In this document: positions 35,001 through 46,360 of the stretch, one piece after another
Numbering within the stretch: the first letter of the stretch is position 1
Layout: each line of letters starts with the position of its first letter
From: Malacoraja senta
Taxonomy: Eukaryota
NCBI GenBank assembly: GCA_038087875.1
Contig: JAXLNO010000114.1
Span: forward strand, 124,001-188,000
Direction of reading: 5' to 3'
Length of the DNA stretch: 64,000 nt
Notes under the pieces: generated by a model
Told to the model about the DNA's origin: nothing
The model's database searches: none
Seen by the model: the letters and a program-made list of their open reading frames with translations, nothing else
Made by a program: the position numbers and the translations under genes

Positions 35001-38000
35001 GACCCGCTAAGTTGCTCCTGCGTTTTGCTTCTTTCATCGATTAACACATGCGCATACCTCACCGCCGCAATGTACTGTAAGAGAAAATGCATTCTCTTTA
35101 ATCAAATTAAAAAAGCGCTGGAAGGCGGTCACGATGGAGCAGCGGTAGAGTTGCTGCCTTACAGCGAATGCAGCGCCGGAGACCCGGGTTCGATCTCATT
35201 ACGGGTGCTGGCTATACGGAGTTTGTACGTTCTCCCCGTGTCCTGCGTGGGTTTACTCCGAGATCTTCGGTTTCCTTCCACTCCAAAGACGTACAGGTTT
35301 GTAGGATAATTAGGTCTTGGAGGTTAATTGGCTTGGTAAATGTAAAAATTGTCCCTAGTGAGTGTAGAATGTGCGGGGATCGCGGGTCGGCGCCGACCCG
35401 GTGGGTTGAAGAGCCTGTTTCCGCGCTGTATCTCTAAACTAAATTCAAACACTTCGGTTCGGGTAGCAGCTATTAAGGCACAAGGACAGATGGCATTTTG
35501 GTGTGGAACCCTTCTTAAAATTCTGACCTGTGGTGTTGTATGTCAGTGTCCTCCTGAGACTGAAACATTTTGTCTATGAACCTGGTATGCTACAATGCTA
35601 AGAACAATATTCTACACCGTGTGAGTGCCCCCCCCTCCCCTTTGCTCTATGTATTGCTCTTGCGTTTGTCAATTATATTTGTATACTAGACTAAGTGGGA
35701 CCCGTTGGGTCCCATGTTCACACAGGGGGGCTGGTCCCCCAAGGCAATATTCCACCTCTCCACCAATTCCAATATGGGTGGTCAGTAGGAGAGGGGCTTT
35801 CTGGAGCGCTAGTATGGGTGTTGTGGGCCGAAGGGACTGGTTTCCAGAGGGCTAGTATGGACATTGTGGGCCGAATGGATTATTGGGCTGGCAGCTCAGT
35901 CACTCAGGCCTGGTGGCTGGCAGCTCAGAAACTGCCAGAAATTCTGCCCAAAACAGGTGACTCTGTGAGAGAGAAGGGGGAGAGGGTAGAGAATCAATTT
36001 CAGACACTTTTCATCTTTTTCTGCAGATCACAGCAATGAAGGAGGAAAGTCTATCCTGGCCTGGATCTCACAGGGAGCCAATGAAGGGAAGGAGAAAGAT
36101 AATGGGGTGAGGGTATATAGTTGCAGGGGGGAATACTTACTGATGGGCCGAAGGGACTTCTCCTGGGCTAGTACAGGCCTGATGGGCTGAAGGGACTGTT
36201 TAATAAAAACAATCTGAGTGAAATCTCAGTGAAAGGCACTTTTTCAGGACTTTATGTGGCCAGAAACATGCCTTTTGGGCCAAAATGCTCTTCCTGGGCT
36301 AATACGCGCATTTTGGGCAAAAGGGACAGGTATCTCGGCTAATAGGGGCCTTGTGGGCCCAAATGAGTGGCTTCAGACAGGCCAAACAACTAATTTCATT
36401 TCATTTCCATGCCATTTCAGTTTCAAGCACAGGTCAGGCCAAACAATTCATCTCATTTTCATTTCCATTGCCATTTCAGTTTCAAGGACAGGGCAGCCCA
36501 AACAACTAATCTCATTTTCATTTCAATTGCCATTTCAGTTTCAAGCACAGGGCAGGCCAAACAACATCTCATTTTCATTTCCATTGCCATTACAGTTTCA
36601 AGCACAGGGCGGGCCAAACAACTCATCTAATTTTCATTTCATTTTCATTTCCATTGCCATTTCAGTTTCAAGCACAGGGCGGGCCAAACAACTCATCTAA
36701 TTTTCATTTCATTTTCATTTCCATTGCCATTTCAGTTTCAAGCACAGGGCGGGCCAAACAACTCATCTCATTTTCATTTCATTTTCATTTCCATTGCCAT
36801 TTCAGTTTCAAGCACAGGGCAGGCCAAACAACTCGTCTCATTTGCATTTCATTTCATTGCCATTTCAGTTTCAAGTACAGTGCAGGCCAAACAACTCATC
36901 TCATTTTCATTTCATTTCCATTGACATTGACATTTCAGTTTCAAGCTATTATCCAGCTACTATCAGACAACCGTACCGTCCTCTCACCAGTTTGACTTGA
37001 TTGTAATCGAGAATAATCTTTTTGTTGTTCGGATAGCACGTAACAAAAAGATTTTCACTCTACCCCAGTACATGTGACAACAACAAACTAAACTAAATTT
37101 CGTTCAGACTTCGGTCTGAATGACAATAAAGGGCTATCTAATCTATCTAATCTAATCTAAACTAAGATCCTGACACTTGCATTTTATAGGGCTCATTATC
37201 AAATGCCATTCGAAGATCCAGTCAATGCCACAGCTTCCCCACAGCTTCCCCACAGTCTACTCTGAAGAATGGTCCAAACCGGAAGTCTGTTTCCTTCCAC
37301 GGAAGTTGCCAGGCCCGCTGAGTTCATCCAGCACTTTGATTTTTGCTTAAGATTGCTGCATCTGCAGTTCCCTCTGTTCCCCTCTATGTACTCTGCGGGT
37401 TAAATCTTCAACCAACTCAAATACATTTGTCAGACGTGATTTGCCTTCATTAAAGCATGTTGACATGGTCTGATTAGTTACTGCTTTCTCAAATAATTAA
37501 TTTTTGTTTTTGATTATTGAGCCTATCATCTTGCTAACAATAGATCTTAAACGAAATGGTCCAGTGGTTAATGCAAGACATTCTGAAATTCATAAGAGTA
37601 AGTTAGTAGCATGTTTAACCCAAGAGTTTACATACTAAGGAAGCATGTTGGGGAAAAAGGTCAACACATAAAAGGTCAACACAAATGACACTGGGTCACA
37701 CTGGGAAAGGCAATTATAGATTCAGGAAGTGTTTACATTGTAAAGTATAGCTGGCCAGAGTAATGATAAATACAGGAGTTTGTAAACCAGGCTGAGGCTA
37801 ATAAGACTCAACAGGAAACAACAGGAAATAATAGAAGGCCTTTAATTGTATCCATTTGGCAGAGAAGATTAAAAATGACTCTGGGGAAAAACAAGGATGT
37901 AAGACTGCAAAGAGAAGTTGATCATCTATTAATTATCCCAAAATTGTAAAATGTGCATAGAACTATTGTGTCGCGAGTGTTTTGAAAATTTGCTAGCGAT

Positions 38001-41000
38001 GTGAATCATTGAAATGCTTTGGGTTGTGTCAGTGTATTGCACCCCATCCTGAATATAATGGCGTGTTTGAGAAACTCACCACCACTGTACGGGATATTCT
38101 TTGTGACTGCGCCGTACTGAGCTGTAATTATAGAGAGCAGTACAGCACAAGAATGGACCCTTCGTTTTTTTTTTATTTTTTTTATTTTTTTATTTTTTAT
38201 TTTTTAGAAGTACGGTAGATTACAGTAATGTACAACACGTATATATTAATACATTTTTTGTACCGCTTCACTTTTTTTAAACTTTAAGAAAGAAAAAGAA
38301 AGAAGTAAGAAAAGTGAAGAAAGTGCGCAAAGGTTGTGAAGTGCAAAAGAGTGTTGGGAAAAGAAAGCCCCTTAGAAAAGAGGTTAGAGAAGGAAGTAAA
38401 GTTAGAAAATAGACCCTAGAAAAAAAAGAGAAAGAAAGAAGGAACAATCGCTCTATTATGACTCTTATACCATACTTCATAGAGAAGGAACTACCAACCA
38501 AGTCTATTTTTATTTTACCTCCCATTACCAGGTCCAGATACCTTTTATTTATTTATTTGTTTTTCTAAATTACTATTGCACCTCATGCTTGTAATAGGTC
38601 CAAAAACGTAGACCACGTCTTTTGAAATTGATCTGCTTTGCCTACTAGGAGGAATCTCATCTCTTCCAGATGTAATGTTTCCAACATATTTGATGTCCAC
38701 ATTTTTATTGTTGGTGTGGGCGCATTTTTCCAGAATTTAAGTATAAGCTTTTTTCCCATTATTAGCCCATAATTGAGTAAATTCTTCTGATACACGTTTA
38801 ATTCAGGAATACCTTCCGATATTCCAAAAATAATCCATTCTGGTTTTGGTACCAGTTTTATTTTGATTAATTTTGAAAAAATATCAAATATTTCAAACCA
38901 GAATTTTTGGATTTTTGTACAAAAAACAAAAGAATGTGCTATGGTAGCTTCTTGACATATACATTTATCACAGATTGGTGAGACGTTAGGAAAGATTTTA
39001 TTTAGTTTGGTTTTTGAATAATATAATCTATGTAATGTTTTAAATTGGATAAGCGTATGTCGTACGTTGATCGAGCATTTATGCACCTGTAATAAATGAT
39101 TATCCCAACTCTCTTTTGAAATTTTTATACCTAGATCTTGTTCCCAATCTCTTCTAATTCCATCTGTTGTGGGTATTTCTATATTTAAGATGATATTATA
39201 TAAGTATGATATTAAATTAGCTGATTCCGCCTTTGTCTTCATTGCTTCATCTAGTAAGTCGGAAGGCATATTATAATAATCTTTTGTGTGTGTTTTCAAA
39301 TAGTCACAGATTTGTATATATTTAAAATATTGATTATTTTTCAAATTATATTTCAGTTGTAGTTGTTGGAATGATAGTAATTTTTCTAATTCATACAGAT
39401 CTTCGAGCGTTTTAATTCCCATTCTTTCCCATTGTATAAATGCTTTATCTATGATTGAAGGTTTAAACGATGGGTTATTGACTATTGGTATTAAGAGAGA
39501 TAGGTTTCTTAATTTTAGATTCTGTTTTATTTGCTTCCATGTTCTAATAGTGCTATATATAATTGGATTTTTATTATAATTTTTATTATTCAAGTTTATT
39601 GGAGAGAGAATAATCGCTCCTATATTATTCGGGGAGCAATCCCCTTTTTCCATTATAATCCAGTCCACCTGCTGGGCAGAATTGTCCAGCAGGTGAATCA
39701 TATTTTTAATATTTACTGCCCAGTTATAATACATAAAGTTAGGGAGCGCTAGACCCCCCAACTCTTTTCGTTTGTTAAGGTGTATTCTTTCTATTCTGTG
39801 GGATTTGTAATCCCATATAAAATTTGTAATGTCTGAGTCCAGTTTTTTGAAAAACTTTTTTGGGAGATATATAGGTATTGATTGAAATAGGTAAAGGATT
39901 TGTGGTAAGAAAATCATTTTTATAGCATTTATCCTACCTATTAAGGACATCGGAAGTGTTTTCCAAAATTTAATCAGATTATTTAATTTCTTAAGTAGGG
40001 GATTATAATTAGCTTTAAACATATCATGGTAATTTCTAGTAATCTCAATTCCTAAATATTTGAATTTTTCCATAGCTATTTTAAAAGGGAATTTCCTGAG
40101 ATGTGTTGAATCTTTTGGTTTAATCGACATAATTTCACTTTTGTTCCAATTTATTCTATATCCTGAAAAGGATCCAAAGTCCTCAATTAAGTTTAATATA
40201 TTTGGTATACTAATTTGTGGTTTTGTGATGTACAGTAGTACATCATCAGCATATAGGGATAGTTTGTTGTTTGAATATTTTGTGTTATAACCGTGAATAT
40301 TCGAGTGTGTTCTTATTTTTTCAGCAAGGGGTTCAATTACCAAAGCAAATAACAGCGGTGATAGTGAACATCCTTGTCTGTTGCCCCTAGATAATTCGAA
40401 TTTTGAAGATAATATATTATTAGTTAGTATTCTAGCCGTAGGTTTGTTATATAGTAGTTTTATCCATGCAATAAAGTTTTCTCCCAATTGGAATTTTTGC
40501 AATACTTTGATCATATAGTCCCATTCTACTTGATCAAACGCTTTTTCTGCGTCCAGTGAGATGATAGCTAACTCTTGGTCATAAGATTTATGTGAATGCA
40601 TTATGTTAAGCAAACGTCTCAAATTATTAAATGAGTGTCTCTTAGGTATAAATCCTGTTTGATCCTCATGTATTAGTCTACTAACATACTTGCTTAATCT
40701 ATTGGCTAATGTTTTTGCTATTATTTTCTGATCCGTATTTAACAAAGCAATAGCTCTATATGATCCTGGTTCTTCTATATTTTTATCTTTTTTAAGTATT
40801 AATATGATCGTTGATTCCGCTAGTGTTTCAGGTAGGTTTTGCTCTTTATAAGCATATGTATACATTTTTTGTAATCGTGGAGTAACTATATCATAAAAAG
40901 ATTTATAAAATTCATTACTGAATCCGTCTGGTCCTGGTGTTTTTCCATTTTTTAGTGTTTTTATTGTGTCTTCTATCTCCTTAGAAGTAATTTGTGCTCC

Positions 41001-44000
41001 CAGTTCCTCTTGTTCCCTGCGTTCTAATTGTGGTAGATTACAATTATCTAAAAATTCTGAGATTTTATTATTGTCTATTGACGTTTTAGATGTGTATAGA
41101 TTCTGGTAAAATTGAGCAAATCTTTTATTAATATCCTTGGGTAGTGTTAATACTTCCCCTCTATCTGATTTAATCTTTAATATTGCATTCTCTTTTTCCC
41201 GTTTTTTAAGTTGTCGTGCTAGAAGTTTGTGGGGTTTGTCCCCGAATTCGAAGTGTTCTTGTTTTGTGATTTGAAATAATGTTATAACTTTCTCTGACAG
41301 TAATTTATTTAACTGAAATTTCAGTAGTAGTATTTTATTATGTTTATCCATAGTTGGGTCTTTAGCATTATCTATATCTAACTGTTTTATTTGATCTTCT
41401 AAGTGTCTTTGTTCATTCTTATTCTTTTTATTTTGATAAGCTTGAAATGAAATAATGACTCCTCTTATAAATGCTTTGAAGGATTCCCATAATAACGTGG
41501 GGGATATCTCTGGTGTATCATTTAACTCAAAAAATAGATCCATCTGTTTTTTTAGATAGATACTCCCTTGAGGGTCTTTTAAAATTTGTGAGTTAAACCT
41601 CCAGAACGGTTTATTCATAGACATTCCTTCTAGTTTTAGAACAAAAGTTAACGGAGAATGATCTGAGATCGCATTAATATGATATTTAGGATTCAAAGAT
41701 TGCGAGATTAATTTTGTATCCACTAGAAAATAGTCTATCCGTGAATATGTTTTATGCACCATTGAATAAAACGAGTAATCCCTTCCCGTCGGGTTTGCAA
41801 TCCTCCATACATCTGTTATATTTGTGTTTTCCATATATGTGTGTAAGAGTTCACTGGTTTTAGATTTCGTCTGACCTTTTTGTTTTTGCATCGATTTATC
41901 TAAATAAGGATCTAAAACACAATTAAAATCTCCTCCGATTATAACATTTTGATAATTAGATTCTGCAATTATATTCAGAATTTTATTAAAAAATTGAGGG
42001 TTATCAAAGTTGGGCGCATATATGTTTACCAGCGTGATTGGCATATTATTGATCTCCCCTGCTACTATAAGATATCTCCCTTCCTTATCTAAAATAGTGT
42101 TCTTTGATTTAAATGGAATTCCTTTACGAATAATAATTGCAGTACCTCTAGATTTAGAGGTAAATGAAGAGTGAAATGTTTGGCCTATCCAGTTCGCCCT
42201 CAGTCTTGTCTGATCTTGCTGTTTAAGATGTGTTTCCTGTAGAAACGCTATGTCCGTGTTGTATGATTTCAACTGAGCTAGTATCTTGCCCCTTTTAATA
42301 GGTTCATTAATCCCCCTTATATTCCAACTACATAATGTGATTCCTCCTATTTTCTTTTGATTGTCGTCATGCATTTTTACCAATTTTAATGACCTTAATT
42401 ATTGTGGTGCGTTCATACCTCCGGACTCTGGTTATTTTGGGAGTATTTCTATTATAGACTTCCTTGGTAGTTCTCCTGCGCGATTGTCCTTGAAGAAAAA
42501 ACACACAGATGTGACATATTGTGATTAAAAAAAAATATATATATAAATCAAATAAATTTACGGTGTCTAAAATTTCAACACCGTAGTGAGTGGCCCACTC
42601 GTCTGTGGGGTACGACATCCATAACGCTTCCGGCGTAGTTGGTATAAAGTTAGCCCCGCTGTATTTCTTACCCAAAATCTATGGGGTCATTACCGTTTCC
42701 AATTCAGTTCTATTTCACCCAGTTACAATTTATATATATGTCAAATGTATTCGATTCCATATCCTACTCACTCTTTATCTCTTAACTATTTTAAAATGAA
42801 TTTAGTATTGTTAAAGTGAGCGGTTTACTGAGTGGATTAACCGGAGTCAGGTTCCTGGAGTTGTGCCAGGTGCCTAATCTCTTCTCCTCTCCACGAGCTG
42901 CGAACATAGGTGATAACTGCTGTCTGCGTTATGACGCAGGCACCACAGTTTTATCAGTTTCAAATATTATTTCTATATTAGTATTGTTAATTATTAATTA
43001 TGATTAATTCTCAGCATTTTGTAAAACTATATAAGCCGTATATATTTTTCATATCAACCTCGAGTGTATATTATCTCTTAACTATTTTAAATTGATTTTA
43101 ATATTGTTAAAAATGAGCTGTTCGCTGGAAGGGTTAACGGGAGTCTGGCTCCTGGAGTTATGCCAGGTACCCGGTCTCCCCCTCCCTCCACTCTCGAGCT
43201 GCATAGCACTTGCTGTTATCTGCTAAACAGAGCAGACTGCACATTTTTTATCTATTTCAATTGCTATTTCTATATTAGTATTGTTAATTGTTAATTATTA
43301 TTAGTTCTCAGTTTTTTCAGTTTTTTATAAACAATATAAGCCATGTGATGTTTTTCACTCTCAGCCCAGCAGTTCGTCCCGTTATCAGGTTTTCCTCGTT
43401 TGAGCACGTAGTGTCCTTGAATTACATAGCACAATGTTCCAGCGAAGATAATAATGTCTAGCCACGTCTCACTAAGAATCTGTTGCTTGAAGTCAAATAA
43501 AAAATAAAAAATCAGTGTTCAGTTAATTCACTTTCCTTGTAATATTCTTGTTGGAAGAATAAGCAAGTTCATTTGTTCATGTCGTCTTGGTTTTCAGTCT
43601 CCAGTTGATGCAGCCTTAGTCGCGATTTCTTGAGCGTATTTGAGAGATTCATCCGAATTAGTGAATGTTTTTGACACTCCCTCAAAGGTGATACGCATTC
43701 TAGCCGGGTAAAACACTCCACACAAAACTCCCTTAACACCATAAAGAACTTCTCTGGTCTGTGAGAACTTTCTTCTCTTTTGCTCAATCTCATAAGGGTA
43801 GTCCCGTAGGAGTTTAATAGTATCACCTCTGTACATCATCTTCTCTCCGTGGTTGATTTTTTTCATCAGCGCTTCCATTGTTGAGATATCCCGAAGTTTA
43901 ATTATGATCTGTCGTGGGTAGGCACGTTCTCCTTGAGATCTTGATTTAAATCTGGGGAGTCGATGTGCTACTTCAATTACAGGTACTTCTGGTAGCTTCA

Positions 44001-46360
44001 GTACGTGTTTAATTAGGTTGGCAGCGAACTCACAAACATTGTCCCCCTCAGCTCCCTCTTTTACACCACGTATTCTTATATTTTGACGTCTTGAGCGAGC
44101 TTCTAGGTCAACACATTTATTCGAAACCTTTGTGACTTGGTTCTTGAGACTATCTATTTCTGACTTCATAGTCTGCATCTCTCCAGCCATCACTTCCACA
44201 GCAGCTTCCAAATCTTTCACTGCAGATGCATTTGCAGCCACAGTTTCGTGCACAGCCTCAAACATCTTTGTGGTCTCTTCTACCACCTTTTCAATTTTTA
44301 TCGATAGTCCTTTTTCCACACCTTCAATTCTTTTTTGGAGAGCCTCAATACCCTCAAGTATTTTATCATTACCGGCTATCAATTTACTGTTCCCAGCTTC
44401 CATATCCTTTTTGATATCTCTTACCGAGTTTCTTAAGTCCTCCATTTCGGTTTTCTCTTTTGCAGATCGAGTAGCCATTGCAGAGACCTCTCCAGAGGTC
44501 AGTTCTGAAGTTTCTTGCTGTTCCAGAGTCTTTAGCAGATGTTTTGAGATTTTCCTCTGTGGGCTCTGACCTGGAGATGTACTTTTCATTTAAAATGACT
44601 TTCCCTCCGTTAAAATCGCGGCGCTTACTGATGACGTCATCAGCACCGCGACATGAAGCTCCGGTAAGTTTTTAAAAACGGTCCCGACCTCCAGACCCGA
44701 TTTTAACGCGAAAAATCGCGATTTTTTCAGCGGAGCTAAAAAGTTTGCGACTGCTATTTCAGTTTCAAGCACAGGGCAGGCCAAACAACTCGTCTCATTT
44801 GCATTTCATTTCATTGCCATTTCAGTTTCAAGTACAGTGCAGGCCAAACAACTCATCTCATTTTCATTTCATTTCCATTGACATTGACATTTCAGTTTCA
44901 AGCTATTATCCAGCTACTATCAGACAACCGTACCGTCCTCTCACCAGTTTGACTTGATTGTAATCGAGAATAATCTTTTTGTTGTTCGGATAGCACGTAA
45001 CAAAAAGATTTTCACTCTACCCCAGTACATGTGACAACAACAAACTAAACTAAATTTCGTTCAGACTTCGGTCTGAATGACAATAAAGGGCTATCTAATC
45101 TATCTAATCTAATCTAAACTAAGATCCTGACACTTGCATTTTATAGGGCTCATTATCAAATGCCATTCGAAGATCCAGTCAATGCCACAGCTTCCCCACA
45201 GCTTCCCCACAGTCTACTCTGAAGAATGGTCCAAACCGGAAGTCTGTTTCCTTCCACGGAAGTTGCCAGGCCCGCTGAGTTCATCCAGCACTTTGATTTT
45301 TGCTTAAGATTGCTGCATCTGCAGTTCCCTCTGTTCCCCTCTATGTACTCTGCGGGTTAAATCTTCAACCAACTCAAATACATTTGTCAGACGTGATTTG
45401 CCTTCATTAAAGCATGTTGACATGGTCTGATTAGTTACTGCTTTCTCAAATAATTAATTTTTGTTTTTGATTATTGAGCCTATCATCTTGCTAACAATAG
45501 ATCTTAAACGAAATGGTCCAGTGGTTAATGCAAGACATTCTGAAATTCATAAGAGTAAGTTAGTAGCATGTTTAACCCAAGAGTTTACATACTAAGGAAG
45601 CATGTTGGGGAAAAAGGTCAACACATAAAAGGTCAACACAAATGACACTGGGTCACACTGGGAAAGGCAATTATAGATTCAGGAAGTGTTTACATTGTAA
45701 AGTATAGCTGGCCAGAGTAATGATAAATACAGGAGTTTGTAAACCAGGCTGAGGCTAATAAGACTCAACAGGAAACAACAGGAAATAATAGAAGGCCTTT
45801 AATTGTATCCATTTGGCAGAGAAGATTAAAAATGACTCTGGGGAAAAACAAGGATGTAAGACTGCAAAGAGAAGTTGATCATCTATTAATTATCCCAAAA
45901 TTGTAAAATGTGCATAGAACTATTGTGTCGCGAGTGTTTTGAAAATTTGCTAGCGATGTGAATCATTGAAATGCTTTGGGTTGTGTCAGTGTATTGCACC
46001 CCATCCTGAATATAATGGCGTGTTTGAGAAACTCACCACCACTGTACGGGATATTCTTTGTGACTGCGCCGTACTGAGCTGTAATTATAGAGAGCAGTAC
46101 AGCACAAGAATGGACCCTTCGGCCCACAATATTTATGCATGAAAACATTTGAGTATCGGCTGAAGTAACCCACTCATCCATTCCTATCCCTACCTTGTAC
46201 TGTTCACTGAAATATCTCTCGCATGCTAGAACGAAGACGACATTCTTCACCGCCTCTTGAATCGCCTCTTCCAGCCTCTGGCAATAATGATTTGTCAATT
46301 CCAGCAGCTGCGAATCATTACACCTTTCCAGGAGCTCCGTCATCGAAGACATTGGAGGAG
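23079..46360 (-). CDS. NLR-2: multi-exon death-fold-NACHT-LRR protein
   Basis: Exons 46360-46194 (167 nt), 29545-29374 (172), 29288-29223 (66, GC donor), 26499-24765 (1735, NACHT), 23724-23638 (87), 23482-23315 (168) and 23166-23079 (88, TGA). Phases match NLR-1, as do the sizes of the small exons. Linking the first exon across the 16.6-kb intron is inferred. Confidence 0.75.
23749..24331. mobile_element. CpG-rich insertion in an NLR-2 intron, with one Harbinger-like end
   Basis: Absent from the matching NLR-1 intron (~9100-9135). It starts ggcctgtctcac, similar to the MITE TIRs. Confidence 0.5.
24765..26499 (-). CDS. NACHT exon of NLR-2
   Basis: ORF 24761-26563: [46 protein letters not shown]. 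Confidence 0.92.
26985..27835 (-). mobile_element. CR1 ORF1/endonuclease fragment
   Basis: CAYFNARGL...DVVAMSETW and [10 protein letters not shown]...GAFNFPNI. Confidence 0.75.
27840..28510 (+). mobile_element. CR1 3' fragment
   Basis: ORF 27834-28418 plus a 3' UTR and tail. Confidence 0.9.
30010..33751 (+). mobile_element. Near-full CR1 LINE, frameshifted (ORF1 SGNH esterase, ORF2 APE endonuclease and RT)
   Basis: IVVGDSIVR...HVGTND...DGLHL in ORF1. NARS...[23 protein letters not shown] and KFADD in ORF2. An internal deletion lies at ~32490 relative to the 52058-55340 copy. Confidence 0.92.
33915..34487 (+). mobile_element. CR1 3' fragment
   Basis: ORF 34028-34399 with a (ctattgt)n tail. 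Confidence 0.9.
34846..35030. mobile_element. Degenerate head-to-head Penelope pLTR pair
   Basis: agatagacacaacatgctggag... followed by ctgaaggatctcaacccgaaac...gcctgacccgct. Confidence 0.5.
35125..35445 (+). mobile_element. tRNA-derived HE1-like SINE
   Basis: A-box tggagcagcgg, B-box gggttcgatc, tail gcctgtttccgcgctgtatctctaaactaaa. Confidence 0.75.
35686..36950 (-). mobile_element. Helitron 3' portion with internal minisatellite
   Basis: a|ctagactaagtgggacccgttgggtccca is the reverse complement of the hairpin plus CTAG end. An array of ~60-70-bp units (ccatttcagtttcaagcacagggc...) spans 36380-36945. Confidence 0.75.
36799..38164 (+). repeat. 1366-bp direct repeat, copy 1 (L1 3' flank)
   Basis: Reads identical to 44756-46121, with the same 7957-bp offset at both ends. 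Confidence 0.92.
38583..42383 (-). CDS. L1 ORF2 (APE endonuclease, reverse transcriptase, CCHC), up to 1266 aa
   Basis: [40 protein letters not shown]...HSFVFC. The frame is uninterrupted, and the first ATG is at 42374. Confidence 0.95.
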   Translation of the reverse strand: MVKMHDDNQKKIGGITLCSWNIRGINEPIKRGKILAQLKSYNTDIAFLQETHLKQQDQTRLRANWIGQTFHSSFTSKSRGTAIIIRKGIPFKSKNTILDKEGRYLIVAGEINNMPITLVNIYAPNFDNPQFFNKILNIIAESNYQNVIIGGDFNCVLDPYLDKSMQKQKGQTKSKTSELLHTYMENTNITDVWRIANPTGRDYSFYSMVHKTYSRIDYFLVDTKLISQSLNPKYHINAISDHSPLTFVLKLEGMSMNKPFWRFNSQILKDPQGSIYLKKQMDLFFELNDTPEISPTLLWESFKAFIRGVIISFQAYQNKKNKNEQRHLEDQIKQLDIDNAKDPTMDKHNKILLLKFQLNKLLSEKVITLFQITKQEHFEFGDKPHKLLARQLKKREKENAILKIKSDRGEVLTLPKDINKRFAQFYQNLYTSKTSIDNNKISEFLDNCNLPQLERREQEELGAQITSKEIEDTIKTLKNGKTPGPDGFSNEFYKSFYDIVTPRLQKMYTYAYKEQNLPETLAESTIILILKKDKNIEEPGSYRAIALLNTDQKIIAKTLANRLSKYVSRLIHEDQTGFIPKRHSFNNLRRLLNIMHSHKSYDQELAIISLDAEKAFDQVEWDYMIKVLQKFQLGENFIAWIKLLYNKPTARILTNNILSSKFELSRGNRQGCSLSPLLFALVIEPLAEKIRTHSNIHGYNTKYSNNKLSLYADDVLLYITKPQISIPNILNLIEDFGSFSGYRINWNKSEIMSIKPKDSTHLRKFPFKIAMEKFKYLGIEITRNYHDMFKANYNPLLKKLNNLIKFWKTLPMSLIGRINAIKMIFLPQILYLFQSIPIYLPKKFFKKLDSDITNFIWDYKSHRIERIHLNKRKELGGLALPNFMYYNWAVNIKNMIHLLDNSAQQVDWIIMEKGDCSPNNIGAIILSPINLNNKNYNKNPIIYSTIRTWKQIKQNLKLRNLSLLIPIVNNPSFKPSIIDKAFIQWERMGIKTLEDLYELEKLLSFQQLQLKYNLKNNQYFKYIQICDYLKTHTKDYYNMPSDLLDEAMKTKAESANLISYLYNIILNIEIPTTDGIRRDWEQDLGIKISKESWDNHLLQVHKCSINVRHTLIQFKTLHRLYYSKTKLNKIFPNVSPICDKCICQEATIAHSFVFCTKIQKFWFEIFDIFSKLIKIKLVPKPEWIIFGISEGIPELNVYQKNLLNYGLIMGKKLILKFWKNAPTPTIKMWTSNMLETLHLEEMRFLLVGKADQFQKTWSTFLDLLQA
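43594..44589 (-). CDS. L1 ORF1 (coiled coil, RRM, CTD), 331 aa
   Basis: Heptad-rich N-terminal half, [29 protein letters not shown]. Confidence 0.93.
   Translation of the reverse strand: MKSTSPGQSPQRKISKHLLKTLEQQETSELTSGEVSAMATRSAKEKTEMEDLRNSVRDIKKDMEAGNSKLIAGNDKILEGIEALQKRIEGVEKGLSIKIEKVVEETTKMFEAVHETVAANASAVKDLEAAVEVMAGEMQTMKSEIDSLKNQVTKVSNKCVDLEARSRRQNIRIRGVKEGAEGDNVCEFAANLIKHVLKLPEVPVIEVAHRLPRFKSRSQGERAYPRQIIIKLRDISTMEALMKKINHGEKMMYRGDTIKLLRDYPYEIEQKRRKFSQTREVLYGVKGVLCGVFYPARMRITFEGVSKTFTNSDESLKYAQEIATKAASTGD
44756..46121 (+). repeat. 1366-bp direct repeat, copy 2 (L1 5' flank)
   Basis: Reads identical to 36799-38164. Confidence 0.92.

Larger units (their letters stand above)
38165..44755 (-). 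mobile_element. Full-length L1-clade LINE, apparently intact
   Basis: CpG-rich 5' UTR, ORF1, 1.2-kb inter-ORF region, ORF2, 3' UTR and an A-rich tail (T-rich on +, 38165-38204). Confidence 0.92.

Noticed and set aside
35125..35200. tRNA gene
   Set aside because: The A and B boxes continue into a SINE body and CR1-like tail, and no acceptor stem was found.
36254..37000. Repetitive FQFQAQG / ISIAISVS ORFs
   Set aside because: They are minisatellite translations.
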